DNA of 45,245 bases from Armatimonadota bacterium (GTDB taxonomy: Bacteria; Sysuimicrobiota; Sysuimicrobiia; Sysuimicrobiales; Kaftiobacteriaceae), in NCBI GenBank assembly GCA_037440005.1, contig JBBIUY010000013.1:23409-68653 (forward strand), given 5' to 3'. Positions 17,314 through 26,653 of this stretch are shown in pieces. The position numbers and the translations under genes are program-made. Below the pieces are notes generated by a model. The model saw only the letters and a list, made by a program, of their open reading frames with translations. It had not been told where the DNA came from and did not search any database. Each line of letters starts with the position of its first letter. Positions within the stretch are counted from its first letter, which is position 1.

Positions 17314-18525
17314 ATGGGCAGACCGCTGGACGGCGTCCGGGTGCTGGCCTGTGAGATCCAGGTGGCCGGTCCCTACTGCACCATGATGCTGGCCGACCAG
17401 GGAGCGGACGTGGTGAAGGTGGAGCGGCCGGGGACCGGCGACACCGCCCGGGAGGGCGCGCCCCTCCTCACCGGCCCCGACGGCCGGCGTCAGAGCGGCT
17501 ACTTCCTGCGCTTCAACCGGAACAAGCGCAGCGTGACGCTGAACCTGAAGTCCGACGCCGGCCGCGAGGTCTTCCGGGCCCTGGCCTCCCGGGCCGACGT
17601 GCTGGTGGAGAACTTCCGCCCGGGCCTGCTGGAGGAGCTGGGGCTGGGCTACGGCCGGCTGTCCCGGGACAACCCCCGCCTCATCTACGCCAGCATCACC
17701 GGCTTCGGCAGCCTGGAGGAGTTCCGCGGCCCCTACAGCGACCGCCCGGCCTACGACATCGTCGCCCAGGCCATGGGCGGCCTGATGCACACCTGCGGCC
17801 AGGCCGGCGGCCCGCCCACCTGGCTGGGGGTGGCGCTGGGAGACATCGTCAGCGGCATGCTGGCCGCCTACGCCATCACCCTGGCGCTGTGGCAGCGGGA
17901 GCGCACCGGCCGGGGCCAGTACCTGGACATCTCCATGTACGACGCCATGGTGGCCCTCGCCGAGCGGTCGGTGACCGCCTACTCCCTGACGGGACTGGTC
18001 CTGGAGCGGGGGCGGGAACCGTTCATCGCCCCGTGGGGGCCGTTCCGGTGCCGGGACGGGTGGGTGGCCCTCATCGTGCCCACCGAGGCGGACTGGGAGA
18101 AGTTCTGCCGGGCCATCGGGCGTCTTGACCTGGTGGGCCGCCCCGACACGTCCTCGGGCCCGGCGCGGGCGGCCGCCATGGACGGGTGGCTGGGCGACGT
18201 GGTGCGGGGCTGGTTTGCCGAGCGCACCGTGCAGGACGCCGTCAGCAGCCTGCTGGCCGCCGGGCTGCCGGTGGGGCCCGTGCAGACCGCCCGGGACGTC
18301 TTCCACTGCCCCCACGTGCAGGCCCGCCGGCTGCTGGTGGACGTCCCCGATCCGGTCGTGGGGTCGGCGCGTCTGGTGGGGCCGCCGGTCAAGATGTCCG
18401 CCAGCCCCGACCCGCGCTGCGAGCCGGCGCCGCTGCTGGGAGAGCACACCCAGACGGTGCTGGAGGAGTGGCTGGGCTACACCTCCGGCCGGGTGGCGGC
18501 CCTGCGCGCGGAGGGAGCCCTCTAG
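17314..18525 (+). CDS. class III CoA transferase (CaiB/BaiF family)
   Basis: AGPYCTMMLADQGADVVKVE, NRNKRS, DVLVENFRPG, AYDIVAQAMGG, GDIVSG, APLLGEHT. Confidence 0.93.
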   Translation: MGRPLDGVRVLACEIQVAGPYCTMMLADQGADVVKVERPGTGDTAREGAPLLTGPDGRRQSGYFLRFNRNKRSVTLNLKSDAGREVFRALASRADVLVENFRPGLLEELGLGYGRLSRDNPRLIYASITGFGSLEEFRGPYSDRPAYDIVAQAMGGLMHTCGQAGGPPTWLGVALGDIVSGMLAAYAITLALWQRERTGRGQYLDISMYDAMVALAERSVTAYSLTGLVLERGREPFIAPWGPFRCRDGWVALIVPTEADWEKFCRAIGRLDLVGRPDTSSGPARAAAMDGWLGDVVRGWFAERTVQDAVSSLLAAGLPVGPVQTARDVFHCPHVQARRLLVDVPDPVVGSARLVGPPVKMSASPDPRCEPAPLLGEHTQTVLEEWLGYTSGRVAALRAEGAL

Positions 18526-18542
18526 ACGGGGAGGGAGGACGC

Positions 18543-19751
18543 GTGGACGACGTGGTGGTGGTCAGCGCGGTGCGCACGCCCTTCGGGAAGTTCGGCGGCG
18601 CCCTGCGGGAGTTCTCCCTGCCGGACCTGGGCGGTCTGGTGGTGGCGGAGGCCCTCCGGCGCGCCCGGGTGGCGCCCGAGGACGTGGACGAGGTGGCCAT
18701 GGGGGTGAACCTGCCCGGGGCCGACCGCTCCATCGCCCGGCAGGTGCTGATCCGGGCCGGGATTCCCACCGACAAGGTGGCCTACACGGTGGACCGGGCC
18801 TGCTGTTCGTCCATGACCGCCATCGCCCTCGCGGCCCGCTCCCTGCGTCTGGGCGAAGCCCGGGTGGCGGTGGCCGGCGGGACCGAAAACATGAGCCGCG
18901 TGCCCTACTTCCTCACCACCATGCGGTGGGGGCACGCCCTGGGCGACATCGTCCTCACAGACCAGCTGGTCATCGCCTGCCCCATGACCGGCAAGCCCCG
19001 GGCGGTCCAGGCCGCCGAGGAAGCCCTGGAGTACGGCATCGGCCGCGAGGAGCAGGATCGGTGGGCCCTGCGCAGCCACCAGCGCTACTTTGCCGCCCGC
19101 GCCCGCGGCGCGTTCGCCGACGAGCTGATGCCGGTCACCATCCCCCAGCCCCGGGGCGAGCCGCTGGTGATGACCGAGGACGAGTCCCCCCGGGCCGACA
19201 CGTCTGTGGAGAAGCTGGCGCGCCTGCCCACGGTGTACGGCAGCCCCACGGTGACCGCCGGCAACGCGCCGGGGCTGAACACCGGCGCCTCCGCCGTGGT
19301 CCTGATGACCCGGGAGGAAGCGCGGCGGCGGGGCCTGGACCCCCTGGGGGTCCTGCGCGGCTGGGCGCAGGTGTCCGGCCACCCGGACCGCATCGCCAGC
19401 ATTCCCGCCGTGGCCGCCCGCCGCGCCCTGGACCGGATCGGCAAGACGGTGGACGACATGGACCTGCTGGAGGTCAACGAGGCCTTCGCCGCCGTCACCC
19501 TGGTGACCACGTACCTGCTGGGCGACCGGGACCCCGAGCGGGTGGCGCGGGTGCGCGAGAAGACCAACGTCAACGGAGGCGCCATCGCCATCGGCCACCC
19601 CACCGGCGCTACGGGCGCCCGGCTGGTGATGACGCTGCTGTACGAACTGCGCCGGCGCCTCCGCGCCGACGGCCGGCCGCGCTACGGCCTGGCCACCATC
19701 TGCGGCGGCATCGGCGAGGGCGAGTGCTTCATCGTGGAGGTGGGGCGCTGA
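18543..19751 (+). CDS. thiolase family protein
   Basis: AVRTPFG, DRACCSS (nucleophile Cys), NEAFA, NVNGGAIAIGHPTGATG, ICGGIG. Confidence 0.92.
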   Translation: MDDVVVVSAVRTPFGKFGGALREFSLPDLGGLVVAEALRRARVAPEDVDEVAMGVNLPGADRSIARQVLIRAGIPTDKVAYTVDRACCSSMTAIALAARSLRLGEARVAVAGGTENMSRVPYFLTTMRWGHALGDIVLTDQLVIACPMTGKPRAVQAAEEALEYGIGREEQDRWALRSHQRYFAARARGAFADELMPVTIPQPRGEPLVMTEDESPRADTSVEKLARLPTVYGSPTVTAGNAPGLNTGASAVVLMTREEARRRGLDPLGVLRGWAQVSGHPDRIASIPAVAARRALDRIGKTVDDMDLLEVNEAFAAVTLVTTYLLGDRDPERVARVREKTNVNGGAIAIGHPTGATGARLVMTLLYELRRRLRADGRPRYGLATICGGIGEGECFIVEVGR

Positions 19752-21112
19752 TGCGCACGGTGCGGGTCGGCAACGGCTCGGCCTACTGGGGCGACATGCT
19801 CGATCCCGCGGTGGAGCTGGCCGAGCGCGGCGAGCTGGACTACCTGGGCCTGGACCACCTGGCCGAGCTCACCCTGGCGATCCTGCAGCGGACCAAGGCG
19901 GCCAACCCCCAGGAGGGGTTCATCCCGGACCTGGTGCCGTGGATGGAGGCCCTGCTGCCCGTCAGCCGGCGGACCGGCGTGCGGCTGATCACCAACGCCG
20001 GCGGCGCCAATCCCGAGGCGGGGGCGGCGGCGGTGGCGGACCTGGCCCGGCGGCTGGGCCTGCGGGGCCTGCGGGTCGGCGTGGTCAGCGGCGACGACGT
20101 GCTGCCCCAGCTGGACCGGCTGGCGGCCGACGGCGTGCGCCTGGTCAACCTGGACACCGGCGAAGAGGGTCTGGACCGGATCCGCAGCCGCATCGTCGCC
20201 GCCCACGCCTACCTGGGCTCCGATCCCATCCTGGAAGCCCTGGACGGCGGCGCCGACGTGGTGGTCACCGGGCGGGTGACCGACAGCGCGCTGACCGTCG
20301 CGCCGCTGCGGGAGGCGTTGGGGTGGGGGCGGACGGGGGATGACTGGGACCGCCTGGGCGCCGCCATCATCGTCGGCCACATCCTCGAGTGCGCCTGCTT
20401 CTGCACCGGCGGCGGCAGCAACCAGTGGCGGGAGGTCCCCGACCCCTGGCGGATCGGCTTCCCCCTGGCCGAGGTGGCCGAGGACGGCACCGCGGTCATC
20501 ACCAAGGTGCCCGGCTCCGGCGGCCTGGTGACCCCGTGGACGGTGAAGGAGCAGCTGCTCTACGAGGTGACCGACCCCACCGCCTACGTCACCCCCGACG
20601 GGGTGGCCGACTTCACCGGGGTCCGGGTGGAGCAGGTGGGTCCGGACCGGGTGCGGGTCACCGGCATGCGCGGGCGTCCGCGGCCCGACACGCTGAAGGT
20701 GTGCATCGGGTACTGGGACGGGTGGATCGCCGAAGGCCTGCTGCTGTTCTCCTGGCCGGACGCCCTGTCCAAGGCCCAGCGGGCCGAGGAGATCGTGCGC
20801 CGCCGGCTGCAGTACCTGCAGATTCCCGTGGCGGAGATCCGGTTCGACTACGTGGGCGTCAACACCCTCCACGGCGGGGTGGCCCCTCCTCCCGCGACAG
20901 ACCTCAACGAGGTGGGGCTGCGGATCGCCGCCCGCTGCCCGACCCCGCAGGCCGCCGACGCGGTGCGGCGGGAGGCCACCCACCTGTGGACGCTGGGAGG
21001 CGTGGGCACCGCCTTCGGGGTGCCGTTCCGGCCCCGGCCGGTGGTGGCCCTGTGGCCCACCCTGGTCCCCCGGGACGCCGTGGTGCCGCGGGTGGAGGTC
21101 CGGACGGTATGA
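19751..21112 (+). CDS. acyclic terpene utilization AtuA family protein
   Basis: GNGSAYWGD, DHLAELT, ITNAGGANP, HAYLG, TGRVTD, GHILEC, IGFPLAE, VKEQLLYEV.DP.AY.TPD. Confidence 0.9.
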   Translation: MRTVRVGNGSAYWGDMLDPAVELAERGELDYLGLDHLAELTLAILQRTKAANPQEGFIPDLVPWMEALLPVSRRTGVRLITNAGGANPEAGAAAVADLARRLGLRGLRVGVVSGDDVLPQLDRLAADGVRLVNLDTGEEGLDRIRSRIVAAHAYLGSDPILEALDGGADVVVTGRVTDSALTVAPLREALGWGRTGDDWDRLGAAIIVGHILECACFCTGGGSNQWREVPDPWRIGFPLAEVAEDGTAVITKVPGSGGLVTPWTVKEQLLYEVTDPTAYVTPDGVADFTGVRVEQVGPDRVRVTGMRGRPRPDTLKVCIGYWDGWIAEGLLLFSWPDALSKAQRAEEIVRRRLQYLQIPVAEIRFDYVGVNTLHGGVAPPPATDLNEVGLRIAARCPTPQAADAVRREATHLWTLGGVGTAFGVPFRPRPVVALWPTLVPRDAVVPRVEVRTV

Positions 21113-21885
21113 GCGGGCCGCCGGTGCGGGTGGAGCGGGAGGGTCCGGCGGCGCACCTGGTCCTCAACGACCCGGACCGGCGCAACCCCCTCAGCTACGA
21201 GATGGTCCGCCACCTGATTGCGGCCCTGCGGGAGGCCGACGCCGACCCCGGGGTGCGGGTGGTCGTGGTGCGGGGAGCCGGCGAGCACTTCAGCGCGGGC
21301 GCCGACCTGCAGGAGTTCGCCGCCGAGCTGCGCCAGGCGGCCGGCCGTCACTGGGAGTCGGGGGGTCTGTGGCAGGAGCTGTTCACCCTGCTGCCGGCGC
21401 TGCGCAAGCCGGTCGTCGCCGCCGTGCAGGGATACGCCCTCGGCGGGGGCTGCGGCCTGGTGGCGGCCTGCGACCTGGCCCTGGCCGCCGACGACGCCCG
21501 GCTGGGCTTCACGGAGATCCGGGTGGGCCTGTTCCCGCTGCTGGTCCTGCCGGCCCTCCAGCGGGCGGTGGGGCTGCGCAAGGCGATGGAGCTGGCGCTC
21601 ACCGGCGCCATTCTGGACGCCCCCGAGGCGGCCCGGATCGGCCTGGTGACCCGGGTGGTCCCCCGCACCGGGCTGCTGGCCGCCGCGGGCGAGGTGGCGG
21701 CCCTGCTGGCGGGCTACAGCCCCCAGGCCCTGGCGCTGGGACGGCGGGTGTTCTGGGCGGCGGCGGACCTGGACTACGCCGCCGCCCTGCAGCTGGCCCG
21801 CGCCATGCGCGTCCTGTACTTCGCCAGCGACGACCTGCGGGAGGGCGTGCAGGCGTTTGTGGAGCGGCGGCCGCCCCGGTGGTAG
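21109..21885 (+). CDS. enoyl-CoA hydratase/isomerase (LiuC/AtuE-like)
   Basis: FSAGADL, GGGCGLVAACD, FTEIRVGLFP; first crotonase Glu absent, as in methylglutaconyl-CoA hydratase-like enzymes. Confidence 0.9.
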   Translation: MSGPPVRVEREGPAAHLVLNDPDRRNPLSYEMVRHLIAALREADADPGVRVVVVRGAGEHFSAGADLQEFAAELRQAAGRHWESGGLWQELFTLLPALRKPVVAAVQGYALGGGCGLVAACDLALAADDARLGFTEIRVGLFPLLVLPALQRAVGLRKAMELALTGAILDAPEAARIGLVTRVVPRTGLLAAAGEVAALLAGYSPQALALGRRVFWAAADLDYAAALQLARAMRVLYFASDDLREGVQAFVERRPPRW

Positions 21886-21894
21886 GAGGACGGG

Positions 21895-22338
21895 ATGCCG
21901 GACCGGTTCTTCGAGGAGTACCAGGTGGGACAGCGGTGGATCACCCGCGGCCGCACCATCACCGAGGCCGACGTGGTGAACTTCGCCGGCCTGTCGGGGG
22001 ATTTCTTCCCCCTGCACGTGGACGAGGCCTACGCCCGGGCCTCCCGGTTCGGCCGGCGGGTGGCCCACGGCTTTCTGGTCCTGTCGGTGGCCAGCGGGCT
22101 GCTGCCGGCTCGCCCGGAGGCCGTGGAGGCCCTGTACGGCCTGGACCACGTCCGCTTCGTGGCCCCGGTGTTCATCGGTGACACCCTCCATGTGGAGCTG
22201 GAGGTCACCGCGCTGCGGCCCCGCGCCGACGGCTCGGGGGTGGTGACGTTCCAGCAGACCGTCCGCAAGCACACCGGTGAGGTGGCGGTCACCAGCCTGT
22301 ACCACCTGCTGGTCCGCCGCCGGGACGCGGGAGGCTGA
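21895..22338 (+). CDS. MaoC-like (R-specific) dehydratase
   Basis: GRTITEADVVNFAGLSGDFFPLHVD, VAHG, RFVAPVFIGDTL. Confidence 0.9.
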   Translation: MPDRFFEEYQVGQRWITRGRTITEADVVNFAGLSGDFFPLHVDEAYARASRFGRRVAHGFLVLSVASGLLPARPEAVEALYGLDHVRFVAPVFIGDTLHVELEVTALRPRADGSGVVTFQQTVRKHTGEVAVTSLYHLLVRRRDAGG

Positions 22339-22345
22339 GACGGCG

Positions 22346-22657
22346 ATGGCGCGCCTGGTGGACCTGGCGTATGTGCGCTCGGGCGACAAGGGGGACGTGT
22401 GCACCGTGGGCCTGCTGGCGCGCAGCTCCCAGGCGTACGCGCGGCTGGTCCGGCACGTGACGCCCGACCGGGTGGCGGCGTTCTTCGGGCCCATGGTGCG
22501 GGGCCCCGTGCGGGTGTATCCGCTGCCGGGTCTGGAGGCGCTGCTGGTGGTGTTGCACAACGCCCTGGACGGCGGCGCCACCCGCACCCTGCGGTTCGAC
22601 CAGACGGGCAAGGCCATGGGGACGGCGTTGCTGCGGATGGAGATCCCCGACGACTGA
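22346..22657 (+). CDS. AtuA C-terminal-like small protein
   Basis: LAYVRSGDKGD, ALDGGATRTLRFDQTGK. Confidence 0.85.
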   Translation: MARLVDLAYVRSGDKGDVCTVGLLARSSQAYARLVRHVTPDRVAAFFGPMVRGPVRVYPLPGLEALLVVLHNALDGGATRTLRFDQTGKAMGTALLRMEIPDD

Positions 22658-22672
22658 CCGGGAGAGGAAGCG

Positions 22673-24220
22673 ATGGAGACGTCCGAGTCGAAAGCGCAGG
22701 CGCTGCACCGGGAGCTGGAGGCGCGCCGGGAGGCGGCCCGGGCCGGAGGGCCGGAGAAGTACCACCGCCAGCTGGCCGAGCAGGGCAAGATGTTCGTCCG
22801 GGACCGCCTGACCTACCTGCTGGACCCGGGGTCCTTCGTGGAGGACGGCCTGCTGGCCCGCACGCTGGACGCCCTGCCGGCGGACGCGGTGGTGACCGGA
22901 TTCGGCACCATCGAGGGCCGGCCGGTGGCGGTCATCGCCAACGACATCACCGTCAAGGCCGGCACCTGGGGGCGGATCACCTACCGCAAGATGACCTACA
23001 CCCAGCAGAAGGCCGACGAGCTGGGCATTCCCCTGATCTACCTGGTGGACTCGGCGGGAGCGCGGCTGGACGAGCAGCAGTACTGCTATGCGGGCCACGA
23101 CGCCATGGGCAACATCTTCTACAACCAGATCCGGTTCTCCGGGCGCATCCCCCAGGTGTGCGTCCTGTTCGGGCCGTCGCCGGCCGGATCGGCCTACGTG
23201 CCCGCCCTGTGCGACATCTGCATCATGGTGGACGGCAACGTGAGCGCCTACCTGGGGTCGCCCCGGATGGCCGAGATGGTGATCGGGGAGAAGGTCACCC
23301 TGGAGGAGATGGGCGGCGCCCGCATGCACTGCACCGTCAGCGGGCTGGGCGACGTGCTGGCCTCCACCGAACGGGAGGCGCTGGACCTGGCCCGGCGGTA
23401 CCTGGGCTACCTCCCCCAGAACTGGCGCCAGCTCCCGCCCGCGGCGCCCGCGGCCGACCCCGCCCCGGGCCGGCCGGTGGAGGAGATCGTCCCTCCCGAC
23501 CAGAGCGTGCCGTTCGACATGTACGAGCTGATCTTCCGCCTCATCGACGCCGGCAGCTGGTTTGAGATCAAGAAGCTCTTCGCCCCCGAGCTCATCACCG
23601 GCCTGGCCCGCCTGGGCGGCCGGCCGGTGGGCATCGTGGCCAACCAGCCCCGGGTGAAGGGCGGCGTGCTGTTCGTGGACTCCTCCGATAAGGCCGCCCG
23701 CTTCGTGTGGCTGTGCAACGCCTTCAACATCCCCCTGCTGTTCCTGTGCGACGTATCGGGGTTCATGATCGGCTCCCAGGTGGAACGCCAGGGGATCATC
23801 CGCCACGGCGCCAAGATGCTGTTCGCCGTGGCCCAGGCCACGGTGCCCCGGATCTGCGTCATCGTCCGCAAGGCTTACGGCGGCGGCTACCTGGCCATGT
23901 CCGGCAACCCCATGCAGCCCGACTGCACCCTGGCCCTGCCCACGGCCCGGCCGGCGGTGATGGGGCCCGAGGCGGCCATCAACGCGGTGTACTTCAACAA
24001 GATCGCCGAGCTGCCCGAGGGCGAGCGGGCGGCGTTCATCGCAGCCCGCCGCCGGGAGTACGAGGAGAACATCGACCCCTACGCCGTCGCCTCGGAGTTC
24101 TTCGTGGAGGACATCGTGCCCGCACCGGCTTTGCGGGACGAACTCATCCGCCGCTTCGCGGTGTACGCCACCAAGGACCGGCGCTGGCCCGGGCGCCACA
24201 CCGGCGTCATCCCCGTGTAG
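22673..24220 (+). CDS. acyl-CoA carboxylase carboxyltransferase subunit (MCC/GCC beta-like)
   Basis: NDITVKAGTWG, DSAGARL, AGSAYVP, MGGARMH, SGFMIG, RKAYGGGY. Confidence 0.92.
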   Translation: METSESKAQALHRELEARREAARAGGPEKYHRQLAEQGKMFVRDRLTYLLDPGSFVEDGLLARTLDALPADAVVTGFGTIEGRPVAVIANDITVKAGTWGRITYRKMTYTQQKADELGIPLIYLVDSAGARLDEQQYCYAGHDAMGNIFYNQIRFSGRIPQVCVLFGPSPAGSAYVPALCDICIMVDGNVSAYLGSPRMAEMVIGEKVTLEEMGGARMHCTVSGLGDVLASTEREALDLARRYLGYLPQNWRQLPPAAPAADPAPGRPVEEIVPPDQSVPFDMYELIFRLIDAGSWFEIKKLFAPELITGLARLGGRPVGIVANQPRVKGGVLFVDSSDKAARFVWLCNAFNIPLLFLCDVSGFMIGSQVERQGIIRHGAKMLFAVAQATVPRICVIVRKAYGGGYLAMSGNPMQPDCTLALPTARPAVMGPEAAINAVYFNKIAELPEGERAAFIAARRREYEENIDPYAVASEFFVEDIVPAPALRDELIRRFAVYATKDRRWPGRHTGVIPV

Positions 24221-24223
24221 CGT

Positions 24224-25579
24224 ATGTTCTCCCGCGTGCTGGTCGCCAACCGGGGAGAAATCGCCCGGCGGGTGATCCGGGCCTGCCGGGCCCTGGGCAT
24301 CGAGACGGTGGCCGTGTACTCGGACGCCGACGCGGACGCCCCCCACGTCCGGGAGGCCGACCGGGCGGTGCGGGTGGGCCCGCCGCCGGCGGTGCAGTCG
24401 TATCTCAACATGGAGGCCATCCTCCAGGCGGCGCGCCAGACCGGGTGCGACGCCATCCACCCCGGTTACGGATTTCTCAGCGAACGCGCCGAGTTCGCCC
24501 GGCGCTGTGAGGCGGCGGGCCTGGTGTTCATCGGTCCCCCCGCCGGGGTCATCGCGGCCATGGGCGACAAGGTCCGCGCCCGCCGCCTGATGCATCAGGC
24601 GGGCGTTCCGGTGGTGCCCGGCTCCCTGGACGGCCTGCCCGAGGACCCTGCAGCGGCGGCGGACGCCGCGGAGGCTGTCGGCTATCCCCTGATGATCAAG
24701 GCCGCCGGAGGGGGCGGGGGGATCGGCATGGTCCGGGTGGCCGGCCCGGCCGACCTGCCCGCCGCTCTGGAGGTGGCCGCGCGCCGGGCCCGCCAGGCCT
24801 TCGGCAACGCGGCGCTGTACGTGGAGCGCCTGCTGGACCGGCCCCGGCACGTGGAAGTGCAGCTGCTGGGCGACCGGCACGGGCGGCTGGTCCACCTGTA
24901 CGAGCGCGACTGCTCGGTGCAGCGCCGCCACCAGAAGATCATCGAGGAGTCGCCCTCGCCGGCCCTGGACGAGGCCACCCGGGACGCCCTGACCGCGGCG
25001 GCCGTGCGGGCCGGGACGGCGGTCGGATACCAGAGCGCCGGCACCGTGGAGTTCCTGCTGGACCGGGACGGCCGGTTCTACTTCCTCGAGATGAACACCC
25101 GCATCCAGGTGGAGCACCCGGTGACCGAGATGCGCACCGGGGTGGATCTGGTGCAGCTGCAGATCCGCCTGGCCGCCGGCGAGCCGCTGCCCCTGGCCCA
25201 GGAGGACATCCGGCCCCGGGGACACGCGCTGGAGTGCCGGATCTGCGCCGAAGACCCCGTGACCCTGTACCCGGCGCCCGGCACCGTCACCGCCTACCGG
25301 GAACCGTCCGGGCCCCACGTGCGGGTGGACTCGGGGGTGGAGGCCGGGACCGCCGTCACCCCCTACTACGATTCGCTGCTGGCCAAGGTGGTGGTGTGGG
25401 CCGACGACCGGCCGGCGGCCATCGCCCGGATGATCCAGGCCCTGCAGGCCTACCGCATCGAGGGCGTGGCGACCAACATCCCGCTGCACCTGCGGGTACT
25501 GGCCCACCCGGAGTTTGCCGCCGGCCGCCACCACACCGAGTTCCTGGCCGAGCTCGCGGCCGCCCGGCCGCCCGTCTAG
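24224..25579 (+). CDS. biotin carboxylase subunit
   Basis: ANRGEIA, HPGYGFLSE, GGGGIGM, ERDCSVQRRHQK, EMNTRIQVEHPVTE, YYDSLLAK. Confidence 0.95.
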   Translation: MFSRVLVANRGEIARRVIRACRALGIETVAVYSDADADAPHVREADRAVRVGPPPAVQSYLNMEAILQAARQTGCDAIHPGYGFLSERAEFARRCEAAGLVFIGPPAGVIAAMGDKVRARRLMHQAGVPVVPGSLDGLPEDPAAAADAAEAVGYPLMIKAAGGGGGIGMVRVAGPADLPAALEVAARRARQAFGNAALYVERLLDRPRHVEVQLLGDRHGRLVHLYERDCSVQRRHQKIIEESPSPALDEATRDALTAAAVRAGTAVGYQSAGTVEFLLDRDGRFYFLEMNTRIQVEHPVTEMRTGVDLVQLQIRLAAGEPLPLAQEDIRPRGHALECRICAEDPVTLYPAPGTVTAYREPSGPHVRVDSGVEAGTAVTPYYDSLLAKVVVWADDRPAAIARMIQALQAYRIEGVATNIPLHLRVLAHPEFAAGRHHTEFLAELAAARPPV

Positions 25580-25584
25580 GTCCC

Positions 25585-25815
25585 ATGGAGATCCGCGCCC
25601 CCCTCACCGGGACCGTGCTGCGGGTCGTGGTCTCGCCCGGAGGACGGGTGCGGGCCGGCGAGCCGGTGGCGGTGCTGGAGTCCATGAAGATGGAGATCGC
25701 CGTCGAGAGCGCCGCCGACGGCGTCGTGACCGAGGTGCGCCGGCAGCCCGGGGATCTGGTGCAGGCCGGCGACGTGCTGGTGGTCCTGGATGCGGCGGGA
25801 CCGGGAGGAGTCTGA
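25585..25815 (+). CDS. biotin carboxyl carrier protein
   Basis: LESMKMEIAV biotinylation motif. Confidence 0.9.
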   Translation: MEIRAPLTGTVLRVVVSPGGRVRAGEPVAVLESMKMEIAVESAADGVVTEVRRQPGDLVQAGDVLVVLDAAGPGGV

Positions 25816-25817
25816 GC

Positions 25818-26600
25818 GTGCTCGCGGAGGCGGTGCGGGCGGGCCGGACCGTGGTGGGCACCTGGCTCATGGGGCCCCACCCCTCTCAGGTGGAGATCGT
25901 CGCCGCCTCCGGGTTTGACTTCGTCGTGCTGGACACCGAGCACGGCAGTTACGACCTGGAGGCGGCCGAGCCCCTGGTGCGGGCCGCCGACGCCGCGGGC
26001 CTGCCGGCGGTGATCCGGGTGCAGGACGCCGCGCCGGGCCCGATCGCCAAGGCGCTGGACTTCGGGGCCCAGGGCGTCATGGTGCCGCACGTGGACAGCG
26101 CCGAGGGCGCCCGCCGGGCCGTGCGGGCGGCGCACTTTCCTCCCCGGGGGATCCGGGGCGGCGCCCCCACCGTCCGCGCCACCCGCTACGGCGCCGTGCC
26201 GTGGTCCGAATACCTGAACCGGGCGGCCCGGTCCACCCTGGTCCTGGTGCAGGTGGAAGGGGCGGAGGGGCTGGCCCGCCTGGACGACATCCTCCAGGTG
26301 GACGGTGTGGACGTGGTCTTCATCGGCACCTTCGACCTGGCGGCCTCGGTGGGGGTCCCCGGGGCCGTGGACCATCCGGCGCTGCTGGCGCGGGTGGAGG
26401 AGGTCGTCGTCCGCGCCCGCCGCCGCGGGGTGGCGGTGGGCATGTGGATGCCCACCCCCGAGGGGCTGCGGCCCTGGGTGGCCCGGGGCGTCCAGGTGGC
26501 CACGGTCTCCAACACCGACCTGATCTTCGCCCAGGCGTGCCGGGCGCTGGTCCGTCAGATCCGCGACGGGTTGCAGGGTCGTGCGGGGGAGGGGAGGTGA
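25818..26600 (+). CDS. HpcH/HpaI aldolase family protein
   Basis: GFDFVVLDTEHG, ALDFGAQGVMVP, FPPRGIRG, QVEG, FIGTFDL. Confidence 0.9.
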   Translation: MLAEAVRAGRTVVGTWLMGPHPSQVEIVAASGFDFVVLDTEHGSYDLEAAEPLVRAADAAGLPAVIRVQDAAPGPIAKALDFGAQGVMVPHVDSAEGARRAVRAAHFPPRGIRGGAPTVRATRYGAVPWSEYLNRAARSTLVLVQVEGAEGLARLDDILQVDGVDVVFIGTFDLAASVGVPGAVDHPALLARVEEVVVRARRRGVAVGMWMPTPEGLRPWVARGVQVATVSNTDLIFAQACRALVRQIRDGLQGRAGEGR

Positions 26601-26653
26601 GAGCGGCTCCGCGCCCCGGCCCGGCGGAAAGCACACCGGTGAGGAGGTGAATC

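Noticed and set aside
15331..18447. 1038-aa minus-strand ORF
   Set aside because: Antisense to the mutase and CoA transferase; shadow ORF
14671..21112. Apparent long N-terminal extensions of the mutase (877 aa), thiolase (521 aa) and AtuA (995 aa); likewise IclR (629 aa) and the peptide SBP (889 aa)
   Set aside because: Extensions are Arg/Gly/Pro-rich off-frame reads through neighbouring genes; true starts with SD or stop-start overlap are at 15628, 18543, 19751, 36478 and 38458
22289..25534. 1081-aa minus-strand ORF
   Set aside because: Antisense to the carboxylase genes; shadow ORF
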